Part shown: in pieces, positions 1 through 10,590 of the stretch
Layout of the letters: each line of letters begins with the position of its first letter
Numbering within the stretch: position 1 is the stretch's first letter
DNA from: Malacoraja senta
Lineage: Eukaryota
Length of the DNA: 64,000 nucleotides
Assembly (NCBI GenBank): GCA_038087875.1
Contig: CM075992.1
Coordinates: 10,480,001 to 10,544,000 of the forward strand
Direction: 5' to 3'
Made by a program: the position numbers and the translations under genes
The notes under the pieces: model-generated
What the model saw: only the letters and a program-made list of their open reading frames with translations
Databases searched by the model: none
Told to the model about the DNA's origin: nothing

Positions 1-264
1 GCCTCAAACTGGCCCTGACCTCGGGTGGATTAGGAGGAGGAGGAGGACTGGACATTTTAGTGCCTTCCATGACAGTGGAGAGTGGGGATTCTACTGTGGG
101 GGGGGTGTTCGTGTTGAATCTCTTATAGTGTGTTGTGTCAATTTTTTTTGTACCTCTTTTTATTATTGTTATGGATAATTTTCTCTGTAAAGCACTTTGG
201 CTTTTGATTGAAATCGATTGAAAAGTGCTATATAAATACATTTAATTTACTTTACTTTACTTTA

Positions 265-1178
265 CAATCCCTGCAGGCTGTGTTTGAGTTAAAGCCTTCG
301 TCAAGTTCTGAACTATTTTACTGGAGAAATTAGTTCCTCTGTCACTGATTATTCCCATTCGTATCCCTAATATAGGTATTATTTACTTTATTAAAATATT
401 GACTACCGTCCTTGCATCATTCCTCCATGTGAGATGTGCTTCCACCTATCTAGAGAACATATCAACTATGACCAGAATTTGGTAAAAATCCTTTGTTGCT
501 TACATATGTACAAAATCAATTTGCAAATTCTCAAAAGGCATTTCAGGTTGTGGTAGGTGATCAAATTTTGCAGGCGTCTTCCCTCTATCATTTTGTTAAC
601 ACACCAGACATGTTATTTCAACGTTACCAATTACTGTATGACTGATATACCTGGTGCATATCATGGTTGGGACAATGCGTGTGCCATGCCCTTTCCATGT
701 GAGCCTCTCCATGAGTTAGGCTCTTGAGGTAAACTACCCGATCATCAGGGTGGACACAAACATTGCGGTCTTGATTACACCCTGCTTTGCTCCAGGAATT
801 ATTTTCCTTAAGTGATACTAGGCTCTGGGCATCATGTAACTGGGTTGCATCAATGCTACTCGGGGGCTTTCTTTGTGTTGCAGACTTAATTTTAACAGCT
901 TGTAATTGCGGGGTTTGCCTCAGGGGCAATCCGTTTGGCTACATAATACGCCTATCAGTTTCACCTTGAAATACCAACATCCGTTGATATTTGAGCTTCG
1001 CATTAAATAACTGCAATTTGCCGTGGCAATTGAATAGCATCCAATAATTTAAGACCAGTTTATCAAGCAACATATGTTATTTCATGTGGATGTTATGAAT
1101 CCTCTATTTTTCCATAACTTCCCAAAGTCATGTACAACCCCAAACGCACAGCGAGAATCGGTTAGCACCTTTACCCTT
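265..1178 (-). pseudogene. Decayed retroviral pol (RNase H C-terminus to integrase core), duplicate copy without the gypsy insertion
   Basis: Same sequence as 2469-2937 plus 6951-7395. The minus strand reads DSRCAFG.VHDFGKLWKNRGF, THGEAH, PFENLQIDFVHM and IISDRGTNFSSK. Confidence 0.8.
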
Positions 1179-1810
1179 TATTTTACTTCGGAGTCACGGG
1201 AGTGACAACTTGAAGACTCCGCCAGCACGCATGCGCATCATATAGTCTATCGCATTGCGCACGACTGGCTGGGGGGTGGGGGAGGGGGAGTGGGGAGCGC
1301 TGCTCCACCAGCGGCCAAACCTGAAGGTAAGTTTTTAAACAGTTTTCCAGGGTACGTTTTGCAGGAATCTCTGTAAGCCTTACAGAGGTCCTGCTAAATT
1401 TCGTGGCGAAGTCCGGATGGGCCGCCGAAGACCCTTTATGGACCGAGGGGGAACCCCAGTCACGGACCACAGGGAATCCCGGTCACGGCCTCGGGGTATC
1501 CCGCCCACGGACCGCGGAACCCGCTACGGAGACCACGGAATGCAGGTAGCGGGCGGCGGTCGAATTCGCCTTTTCGAGTCGCTGGCGGTGGAGCCAGCGG
1601 CTTCAGACTGGTGCCGGTAGCACCCAGGCCACCCGCTTGAGGGTAAGCCACCATTTCACTCTACAGTTGCCGGCTACGGACCACGGGAGGTGGTGGCTGT
1701 CGGGGTCGCACGGTCAGCGACTTCGACTTGGACAGCCCAAAGGGGGCAATCAAACAGAGTCGGAGAGGTCCGGGCAGGACGTGAAAGGTGGTACCGGCCA
1801 GGAGGGTCTC
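1179..1810 (+). mobile_element. 5'-terminal fragment of the DIRS1-like element, duplicate copy
   Basis: Begins TATTTTACTTCGGAGTCACGG and matches 7396-~8025; truncated at the duplication junction. Confidence 0.85.
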
Positions 1811-2468
1811 CAGTCCTACCTGGTCGGAGATGCGGTTTTCCTCCAAATCGCGTCTCCGGTCTCCCCATACGGCCTTCCATCGGTCTGGAGCGGCATTTCC
1901 TTCCGGGGACCACAGCTTCGGCGGCACAGCGCTGGGACACCAACAAGGAGCGGGCGATGCCTTGCCGGGTCGCCGCTCCGCAGTGCTGTGACCGCCGACC
2001 ACCAACATCGAGCAGCCGCGGTCTGCGGTCTGCGGTCTGCGGTATGTGGCCTGCGGTTTGAGGGCATCCCGCCGCGGGCGGGCGGCGCTGGATCAAAAAC
2101 ACCGCGGAGTCGAAGCTCCAACCGGCGCGGCCTGAGGTCCACGGGCGTCGCTCATCGGCCTGAGGTCCACGGGGCCTATACTCATCGGGCTGCCGTTGCG
2201 GCGACTGGCTGCTGTGGCCTCAAACTGGCCCTGATTAGGAGGAGGAGGAGGAGTGGACATTTTAGTGCCTTCCATGACAGTGGAGAGTGTGGATTCTACT
2301 GTGGGGGGATGTTCGTGTTGAATTTCTTATAGTGTGTTGTGACATTTTTTTTTGTACCTCTTTTTATTATTGTTATGGATAATTTTCTCTGTAAAGCACT
2401 TTGGCTTTTGATTGAAATCGATTGAAAAGTGCTATATAAATAAATTTAATTTACTTTACTTTACTTTA
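1811..2468 (+). mobile_element. Non-autonomous retroposon fragment with (TTTAC)n tail
   Basis: GC-rich body resembles 13218-13310. Ends AAGTGCTATATAAATAAA...(TTTAC)n. The 3' part is repeated at 1-265. Confidence 0.55.
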
Positions 2469-2937
2469 CAATCCCTGCAGGCTGTGTTTGAGTTAAAGCC
2501 TTCGTCAAGTTCTGAACTATTTTACTGGAGAAATTAGTTCCTCTGTCACTGATTATTCCCATTCGTATCCCTAATATAGGTATTATTTACTTTATTAAAA
2601 TATTGACTACCGTCCTTGCATCATTCCTCCATGTGAGATGTGCTTCCACCTATCTAGAGAACATATCAACTATGACCAGAATTTAGTAAAAATCCTTTGC
2701 TGCTTACATATGTACAAAATCAATTTGCAAATTCTCAAAAGGCATTTCAGTTTATGGTAGGTGATCAAATTTTGCAGGCGTCTTCCCTCTATCATTTTGT
2801 TAACACACCAGACATGTTATTTCAACGTTACCAATTACTGTATGACTGATATACCTGGTGCATATCATGGTTGGGACAATGCGTGTGCCATGCCCTTTCC
2901 ATGTGAGCCTCTCCATGAGTTAGGCTCTTGAGGTAAA
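2469..2937 (-). pseudogene. Endogenous retrovirus integrase (zinc-finger region and core), decayed
   Basis: Manual minus-strand translation gives EMPFENLQIDFVHM*AAKDFY*ILVIVDMFSR*VEAH...DARTVVNILIK*IIPILGIRMGIISDRGTNFSSKIVQNLTKAL, a retroviral integrase core with in-frame stops. Confidence 0.85.
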
Positions 2938-3141
2938 TGTAGATGATATATGCATGTGCCTTTAACATAGTGACCTCATACCTACTAACCACTCCCCATA
3001 TCACAAGTATAACTACAACCTCCCCACCCACAGATCGCTCTCTAGTTCCTGTGACAAACCACGTACAGCTAGTGCAATATGTAATGCTCCAGTATGAATA
3101 AAGATAGTAAAGTAACGATGCCTCGTTATAGATTCTTTACA
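2938..3141 (+). repeat. 5' LTR
   Basis: TGTAGATG...CTTTACA, contains AATAAA, direct repeat of 6742-6945. Confidence 0.95.
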
Positions 3142-3237
3142 TGGTGTCAAACCACTTACCTTGCGCCTCCTGTCTATCGGTTTATCATTTAATTTTGTCC
3201 CAGTTTTTTGTTTCCCCCGCCCTCCTATTTCTTTGTT

Positions 3238-4929
3238 ATGGCCACTTCTGCCCGTAAGCCCGATGTGCTCGTTTTCGATTTGGACATCGCCCTTCGATGG
3301 GACGTATTCAAACGTGACTTTGAACACTATGTCACGATCGCTCATCCTGCCGCCACCGCTGATCTCAAAGCCTCTCTGCTTCTCAACTTGGCTGGTCCCG
3401 AGGCCCTGACTCGCTCTGACTTCTTCGTCTACGCTGATGGAGAATCTGCGCGGGACCCGGTATGTCTGGTGGCTAAGTTTAATGCTATTTGTGATATTCC
3501 AACAAACTGCATCTTAGAACGTTTTAAACTGTTCGCGCGGCGTCAGCTCCCTGGGGAATCTGCTGAGAACTATGTCTCTGCGCTGTGACACCTGGCCAGG
3601 CGCTGCCGGCTCCACACGTGGACCCCCGATGAGATTATCAGGGACCTTCTGGTTTACGGTCTCCGCGATGATAAGCTCAGGGCCGAACTTCTGCGCAAGC
3701 CCGATCTGACTTTCAACGATGCGATGCACGCCACCCGCTTAGCTGAAGCTGTCACCTCGGCGGTGTCACCGGCTGAACAGGCGATTAACTTTGCCAGCAC
3801 TTCCAGTCATCTGATGAACACGCCCCGGTTGCGGCCCCCGGGGTCGCTCGCTGCTCAAGGGGGACGTGCCCCGGGGTTCGGTACTGCTCCCGGGGGAGGT
3901 GCCCGGCAAAGGTGCCCTAATTGCAACTTCACCACTCATCAATACAATGTGTGCCCTGCCTTGGGTAAAACGTGCGTTGTCTGCAAGAAATTGAACCATT
4001 TCGCTGCGGCCTGTCGCTCCCGTGGGAAGCCTGTCGCTGCTCGGAGTGGAAATTTAAACAACCTTCTACAAACTGATAGTGAGCTCAGCTCCCAGTGTTA
4101 TTTCGACGAACGACGAACAGTCTGTTTCTGAATCCGACTCCTCTCAGGGGGAGAACAGCTTGTATACTGTGTTGGGCGCACCTGCTATGATAACGGACCC
4201 TTCTGTGCGAGTCACTGTGAACAACTCGACCTTCACTGCTAAGATTGACACGGGGGCGGTTGCGAACGTTATGTCAACATCTCTCTTCAAACAGATAAGG
4301 ACTAATGAGCAGATTTTTTCTCAGAACTCAACCTTGCATGCCTACGGGGGGGGGGATTCTTACTCCTGTGGGCAAGGCCACGCTACGCTGTAAGATACTA
4401 GAGACCTCTCGGCCCCTCACCTTCTATCTCCTCGACCAAAAATGCATTCCCCTGCTGGGTATCCGGGCATGCCAGGAAATGGGCCTGGTATCCTTCCACC
4501 GTGACATCCACCAGGTGCATGCCCTCATGGACCCGCTGGCTGATTATCCCGACCGCTTTGATGATGAGCTAGGCAAACTACCCTGCAGCTACAAGATTGT
4601 AGTGGACCGTAAGGTCGATCCAGTGGTCAATGCACCTCACCGTGTCTCCTTCGCCATGAAGGACAAAGTGCAGTCGACACTACACAGTATGGTACAAATG
4701 GGCATCCTAAAGGCGGTCATCGAGCCCACCAGGTGGGTCTCTTCCATGGTTGTTGCTGCGAAAAAGGACAATGGAGCAGTTGTTTTCAGGTCTACCGTGC
4801 GCCATCATTGTTGACGACATCCTCGTTTACGGTAAGGACGTTGCCGAACACGATGTCAAGCTCCGCCAGGTCCTGGACCGGGCCCGGCAAATCAACTTGA
4901 AACTGAACCCCAAGAAGTGCCGATTTCGC
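3238..4929 (+). pseudogene. Gypsy gag-protease-partial RT, disrupted
   Basis: Gag (ERFKLFARRQLPGESAENYV, premature TGA at 3586), zinc knuckle CVVCKKLNHFAAAC, protease KIDTGAVANV, RT pieces EPTRWVSSMVVAAKK and IIVDDILVYG. Frameshifts and an internal RT deletion are present. Confidence 0.9.
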
Positions 4930-5138
4930 ATCCCACTTCTGACACCATGTAAAGAATCTATAACGAGGCATCGTTACTTTACTATCTTTATTCATACTGG
5001 AGCATTACATATTGCACTAGCTGTACGTGGTCTGTCACAGGAACTAGAGAGCGATCTGTGGGTGGGGAGGTTGTAGTTATACTTGTGATATGGGGAGTGG
5101 TTAGTTGGTATGAGGTCACTATGGTAAAGGCACAGGCA
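4930..5138 (-). repeat. Inverted near-complete LTR plus 18-nt tRNA-Leu-derived sequence inside pol
   Basis: 4948-5138 is the reverse complement of the LTR lacking ~14 nt of its 5' end. 4930-4947 is ATCCCACTTCTGACACCA. Confidence 0.92.
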
Positions 5139-5160
5139 CACCGTTCGTCACCCATATGAG

Positions 5161-6672
5161 ATGTCTGATCTAATGGTGCTCCAAATGAACATCGTCCCTT
5201 CACAGCAGATGAAGTCCCTGGTTGAACACACTACCAATGACCCTGCCCTGCAACAGCTGTCTGCCGTCATCCAGCGGGGCTGGCCCGACCGTCGTTCCGC
5301 ATTGCCGGCTGGCGCCGTGCCCTACTTCCTGGTCCGTGATGAGCTCGTACTACACGACGGCGTGGTGGTGAAGGGTCACAAGGTGGTGGTGCCCGCGGCG
5401 CTGCACGACCACTATTTTCAAGTCGCTCACCGCGGTCATCCTGGGGCCGAAGCCACCGTGTCTCTCGCCCGGAGCCAGTTCTATTGGCCGGGTATGGCCA
5501 AATACATCCGGGAGAGGGTCTCCTCGTGTTCCACCTGCAACAGCCTCGCCCCCCACCAGCAGCGTCAGCCGCTTCTGCAGCAGCCCGCGCCCGAGCTGCC
5601 CTGGATGGCGCTTGCCGCCGACATTTTCGAGTGGCGAGGCAAACACTTCCTGGTTCACGTTGACTCCTACTCCAGCTGGTTTGTGGTCGACCGGCTGCGC
5701 TCCCTAACCTCTTCGGCCATCATCGACAGGTTATACCCTCATTTTGGCACTTTTGGCCCCCCGGCAAGCCTGCAGTCGGACAATGGCAGCCAGTTCACGA
5801 GCGCCGAGTTTAAAGCGTTCGCTTCCAGATGGAACTTCCGCCATTTCACCAGCAGCCCGGAGTACCCGCAAAGCAACGGTCTGGCCGAGCGTGCCGTCCG
5901 CAGCGCGAAGCACCTGCTGGAACAGTGTGGTGGCATTAACTCCGACTTCCATCTGGCCCTCCTCAACCTCCGCAACATTTCCCGCGACTCCGCCATGGGT
6001 TCTCCTGCTCAGCGGCTCATGTCTCGCGCTACCAGGCTCCCGCTCCCGGTGGCCCAGCGCTCCCTCATACCCTCCGTCCTCCCACCTGCGGCGGTTCAGA
6101 AACGCATTGCCTTCAGGCACGATGTCCAAAAGCGTTCACATGACAGGTCCTGCCACCCGCTGCCGCGCCTCTTCCCCGGTCAAGTTGTCCGTATGCAGAC
6201 CACTTCCGGTCACTCCAAGCTTGCTACTGGCGTCGGCTCAGCTGGGTCGCCCAGGTCCTATCTCGTCGACCATGCGGGAGCCATTTACCGTCGGTCCCGC
6301 CAGCACCTTCGGCTCGTCAACGAGCCGCGTCCTCCTGCCGCGGATCCGTTTGCTCCCCCACTGCCGACTTCGCGTCCGGGCGTTGATCTGCCCGTCCTTC
6401 CTAACATGCAACGTTCTCCACCTCCTCAACTCCTTCCGTCCCACCCTGCTCCGACTAGTCCTCGCTCGCCTGCCCGCGCTCCGCCCGCTCCTGATCCCGC
6501 ATCACCTCCGGGTTTGGTGCCGCGGTCTCCTCCGTCTCCTCCCGTTTCCCCCTTTCAGGTTCGTCTGCCCCCATCGGTGCCTCTTCCTCCTGCCGGAAGG
6601 GAGGATGGCGAGATGCGAACCCGGTCGGGACGTCTTGTCAAACCGCCTGTCCGCTATGGCGATTTTGTTTAA
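5161..6672 (+). CDS. Gypsy integrase, open 503-aa frame with proline-rich C-terminal tail
   Basis: HHCC (HRGH...CSTC), catalytic AADIF / SDNG / 35 aa / AERAV, and C-terminal RTRSGRLVKPPVRY. Stops just upstream of the PPT. Confidence 0.88.
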   Translation: MSDLMVLQMNIVPSQQMKSLVEHTTNDPALQQLSAVIQRGWPDRRSALPAGAVPYFLVRDELVLHDGVVVKGHKVVVPAALHDHYFQVAHRGHPGAEATVSLARSQFYWPGMAKYIRERVSSCSTCNSLAPHQQRQPLLQQPAPELPWMALAADIFEWRGKHFLVHVDSYSSWFVVDRLRSLTSSAIIDRLYPHFGTFGPPASLQSDNGSQFTSAEFKAFASRWNFRHFTSSPEYPQSNGLAERAVRSAKHLLEQCGGINSDFHLALLNLRNISRDSAMGSPAQRLMSRATRLPLPVAQRSLIPSVLPPAAVQKRIAFRHDVQKRSHDRSCHPLPRLFPGQVVRMQTTSGHSKLATGVGSAGSPRSYLVDHAGAIYRRSRQHLRLVNEPRPPAADPFAPPLPTSRPGVDLPVLPNMQRSPPPQLLPSHPAPTSPRSPARAPPAPDPASPPGLVPRSPPSPPVSPFQVRLPPSVPLPPAGREDGEMRTRSGRLVKPPVRYGDFV

Positions 6673-6741
6673 CTGTCCTAGCGCATGAGCCGTGGTCGCC
6701 CTGTCACCATTGTATTTGCCTGTCGTTTCGAAGGGGAAGGA

Positions 6742-6945
6742 TGTAGATGATATATGCATGTGCCTTTAACATAGTGACCTCATACCTACTAACCACTCCC
6801 CATATCACAAGTATAACTACAACCTCCCCACCCACAGATCGCTCTCTAGTTCCTGTGACAGACCACGTACAGCTAGTGCAATATGTAATGATCCAGTATG
6901 AATAAAGATAGTAAAGTAACGATGCCTCGTTATAGATTCTTTACA
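6742..6945 (+). repeat. 3' LTR
   Basis: Preceded by PPT GAAGGGGAAGGA and followed by TSD GTAAA. Confidence 0.95.
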
Positions 6946-6950
6946 GTAAA

Positions 6951-7395
6951 CTACCCGATCATCAGGGTGGACACAAACATTGCGGTCTTGATTACACCCT
7001 GCTTTGCTCCAGGAATTATTTTCCTTAAGTGATACTAGGCTCTGGGCATCATGTAACTGGGTTGCATCAATGCTACTCGGGGGCTTTCTTTGTGTTGCAG
7101 ACTTAATTTTAACAGCTTGTAATTGCGGTGTTTGCCTCAGGGGCAATCCGTTTGGCTACATAATACGCCTATCAGTTTCCCCTTGAAATACCAACATCCG
7201 TTGATATTTGAGCTTCGCATTAAATAACTGCAATTTGCCGTGGCAATTGAATAGCATCCAATAATTTAAGACCAGTTTATCAAGCAACATATGTTATTTC
7301 ATGTGGATGTTATGAATCCTCTATTTTTCCATAACTTCCCAAAGTCATGTACAAACCCAAACGCACAGCGAGAATCGGTTAGCACCTTTACCCTT
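6951..7395 (-). pseudogene. ERV pol: RNase H C-terminal half and integrase N-terminal linker
   Basis: Minus strand reads TDSRCAFG..HDFGKLWKNRGFITS, IQLPRQIAVI*CEA...RGN**AYYVAKRIA, ENNSWSKAGC...VHPDDRVV. Continuous with 2469-2937 once the gypsy is removed. Confidence 0.82.
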
Positions 7396-8879
7396 TATAT
7401 TACTTCGGATTCACGGGAGTGACAACTTGAAGACTCCGCCAGCACGCATGCGCATCATATCGTCTATCGCATTGCGCACGACTGGCTGGGGGGTGGGGGG
7501 GGGGGTGGGGAGCGCTGCTCCACCAGCGGCCAAACCTGAAGGTAAGTTCTTAAACTGTTTTCCAGGGTACGTTTTGCAGGAATCTCTGTAAGCCTTACAG
7601 AGGTCCTGCTAAATTTCGTGGCGAAGTCCGGATGGGCCGCCGAAGAACCTTTATGGACCGAGGGGAACCCCAGTCACGGACCACAGGGAATCCCGGTCAC
7701 GGCCTCGGGGTATCCCGCCCACGGACCGCGGAACACGCTACGGAGACCACGGAATGCAGGTAGCGGGCGGCGGTCGAATTCGCCTTTTCGAGTCGCTGCC
7801 GGTGGAGCCAGCGGCTTCAGACTGGTGCCGGTATCACCCAGGCAACCCGCTTGAGGGTAAGCCACTATTTCACTCTACAGTTGCCGGTTACGGACCAGGG
7901 GAGATGGTGGCTGTCGGGGTCGCACGGTCAGCGACTTCGACTTGGACAGCCCAAAGGGGGCAATCAAACAGAGTCGGAGAGGTCCGGGCAGGACGAGAAA
8001 GGTGGTACCGACCAGGAGGGTCTCCCTCCGACATTCTAGGGGACGTCTTACCCAGCCTGATATGGTCCACTAAAAGAGGGCCATGTCAGCACAGGTCAAC
8101 GGGGTCTTACGGCAGCACCTGTGACAGGGCCGCTCACAGATCTCCCTCTCGATGAAGGGGAGTGCATGGGTCAGTGTGTGACTGACCCCAACCCCGGAGG
8201 AATGTCCATGGCACATGCTGCCATTCATGAGCTTTGGCTAAACACCCCTACGCCACATGGCAGTTAAATTGTATTCTTTCAAATATATGGCTATACAGAG
8301 TGAGCACCATTATGCTACTTCAGCGGTTGTTCCTGGTATCATACATGAATCATCCTGCCAGTGGAATGAGACCTGCCATGGCAATCTAGATCCCTGGGCT
8401 GGAAAGCCTGTACCAATAAGCCACCTGTGCGAGCTACACATGGTGGTGTCATGGTAAATCCACCCAATAAAGGGACTGTGGAAGATTTTTCCCCTCGACG
8501 CCGAGTTTATTCATATAAAATAATCAAATCTTTGATTTAACTGGGATGGGCGTCTCCGTTCATACAATGACAAATAACTGGCAGGTTTTCCATCATTTCT
8601 ACCACTATGTCTAGCGTACGGGGGCCAGAGGCGCTCCAGTCCGTCCCGGCAGACTACATTCGTTCGGAAAGGAGGAGGACACAGAGTCACTAGCGCGTGC
8701 AGCCTGTTTGGTAAAGAAGATAACGACAGAGCATCCATTTGCACAACTATTGCTGGCGGCTGCTGAAGGAAGCAACCTGACAAACCCCAACTCAGAGTGA
8801 GTGCCAAGTTTGGGCATCAATGTCAGACACGATTGCGACTCGTCGCAGTTAAGAACGGTCCATCCTAAGGCATGTCAGG

Positions 8880-9245
8880 CAGCAACTCCTTGTTCAGGGT
8901 TGCAAATTCCTCCCACTCAAATGAGTGGAGTGGTAGAGGGTGCTACAGAAGTGCACATGTGCCTGAAGCGACACCTATTTCAGGGTTGCAATTCCTCCCA
9001 CTCGATCGACCGTAGTGATGGAGATGGTGCTAAAATGCATGCACACATGCCAGAGGCAGCTCCTGGCTCAGGTTGCATAAGTCCTCCCATTCGGACGTAT
9101 GAAGGATGAAGCTGGTTGAGGCAGCTCCTGGGTTAGTTTGCATAAGTCCTCCCATTCGTATGTATGAAGCATGAAGCTGGTGGAGTCAGCTCCAGGGTCA
9201 GGCTGCATAAGTCCTCCTATTCGGAGATATGAAGGATGAAGATGG
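8880..9245 (+). repeat. ~66-bp tandem repeat within the DIRS element
   Basis: Three good copies of GCAGCTCC...TGCATAAGTCCTCC.ATTCG...TATGAAG.ATGAAG at ~9056, 9122 and 9187, plus two diverged copies upstream. Confidence 0.75.
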
Positions 9246-10329
9246 AACCATATATATGACACTACCTGTCACGGATACAAGTTGGTAATATTTACACTTG
9301 GTTTTTGTACAGATGAATAACATGAGATTAGTTTATACTGCACTGCATACAAGCACCAGAGTTCTCGAAAATATGCTGGAGTGCCTTTCAGGGCAGGCTC
9401 GCTATTGTGGCAGATGTGGCCTGTTCATTGTTAACAGGTTCCACTCGCATGTGCAGTATCGACATTTCTCAATAGGGAACTTCGTGACTGTTTAACTTCC
9501 ATGGGATCAGTTTCCATTCACAGGGCACCGGAGGTATTTGAAATTTAGCTGAATGGGGCAATGATACAGTCAGAATCGTTGCAAAATCGGCTAATTTCAG
9601 CTCCCAGCTTATTTACCAAATTACTACAACCAGTGCTTCGGCTGTTCAGAGCTAAAAACAATTATTATGGCCCAACAGGATGATATTCTAAACACTGAAT
9701 TTTGCTAAATTAGCTGTATCAGCCACAAGACTATATTTGAGAAATTTGGTTTCTCATCCATCCAGTTAAATTTAAGTTAAATTTACGTTGATACCAACTG
9801 TAATTATTGAAAATTGGGATTTACAATTAATTCTATTAATTTGTTTGGGACTCCGCCCTGAGGCAAGAGATTGGAATTAATTCTCAAGTACCATTGCTAG
9901 CAGACCTTTGCTATTCCCAGCTGAAACTATCAAAGTCACCATGGTGGACGAACAGTATTCAGCATTGCTCCATTAACTTTTCATCAATAAATCTTCAGTT
10001 AATTACAAACTGATGCTATTCCTCAAAGAAAAATTACTAATACCAAGGCGGATGGGATTGGCATGAGTTACCAATTGTTCAGTTATATGGTATGATCAAC
10101 CTATAGACACCAGGTGCATTCTGTGGATTAAAGGGTTGTATGAATATGCATAATCTGCATGCTTAAGTCCAAGTTGATTCACTTTGGTGGTGGTATATCT
10201 TAATCACATGCGTATAATCAAGTCAAAGTATCCGGTGATAGTTTTACCTAACCTCATTTAACACAGGTATATCATCAATTGTCAACACAGCATTGATGTT
10301 GGATCACAATGTATTTAATGACATTGTGG

Positions 10330-10590
10330 CTCGATGGATCGCTAAAGATCGAAATGTTTGCATCCAGGCCCAATTACCAGTTGCAAAATATGTGGCATAT
10401 CAATGGCGGTGGATGCATTCCCGCTCCACTGGGGAGGAATGTTCTTTTATGTCGTCCTCCATTTTGCCTCATCAGACGGGTCTTGCAAAAATTCAGCAAG
10501 TTGCCGCTTCAGGCATTTTCGTAGTGCCTGTCTGGTTTATACAGCCATGGTTCCCGCTGATGTGGGGAATGATAATAGAACCATATGGTT
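10330..10590 (+). pseudogene. DIRS Dam-like N6-adenine methyltransferase domain remnant
   Basis: IEMFASRPNYQL, PPFCLIRRVLQK and IFVVPVWFIQPWFPLM across frameshifts. Confidence 0.75.

Larger units (their letters stand above)
1..1810. repeat. Upstream copy of a ~2.2-kb tandem duplication (retroposon tail + ERV pol fragment + 5' end of DIRS element)
   Basis: 1-733 matches ~2216-2937 and 729-1810 matches 6946-~8025 almost base for base. The downstream copy additionally contains the gypsy insertion. Confidence 0.92.
2938..6945 (+). mobile_element. Ty3/gypsy LTR retrotransposon, young but internally deleted and rearranged
   Basis: 204-bp TG...CA LTRs at 2938-3141 and 6742-6945 (2 differences seen). 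5-bp TSD GTAAA at 2933-2937 and 6946-6950. PBS TGGTGTCA at 3142, polypurine tract 6730-6741, gag-PR-RT-IN order. Confidence 0.96.

Noticed and set aside
1637..2332. 231-aa ORF
   Set aside because: It spans the duplication junction between a DIRS fragment and a retroposon; GC-rich chance frame.
4930..4947. tRNA-Leu gene
   Set aside because: Only 18 nt, includes the post-transcriptionally added CCA, and has no A box or cloverleaf.
4948..5138. Independent solo-LTR insertion
   Set aside because: No TSD, one end is truncated, it carries primer sequence, and the flanking pol sequence is deleted.
5744..6688. 314-aa overlapping ORF as an extra gene or env
   Set aside because: Shadow frame of the GC-rich integrase with no recognisable motifs, signal peptide or transmembrane segment.
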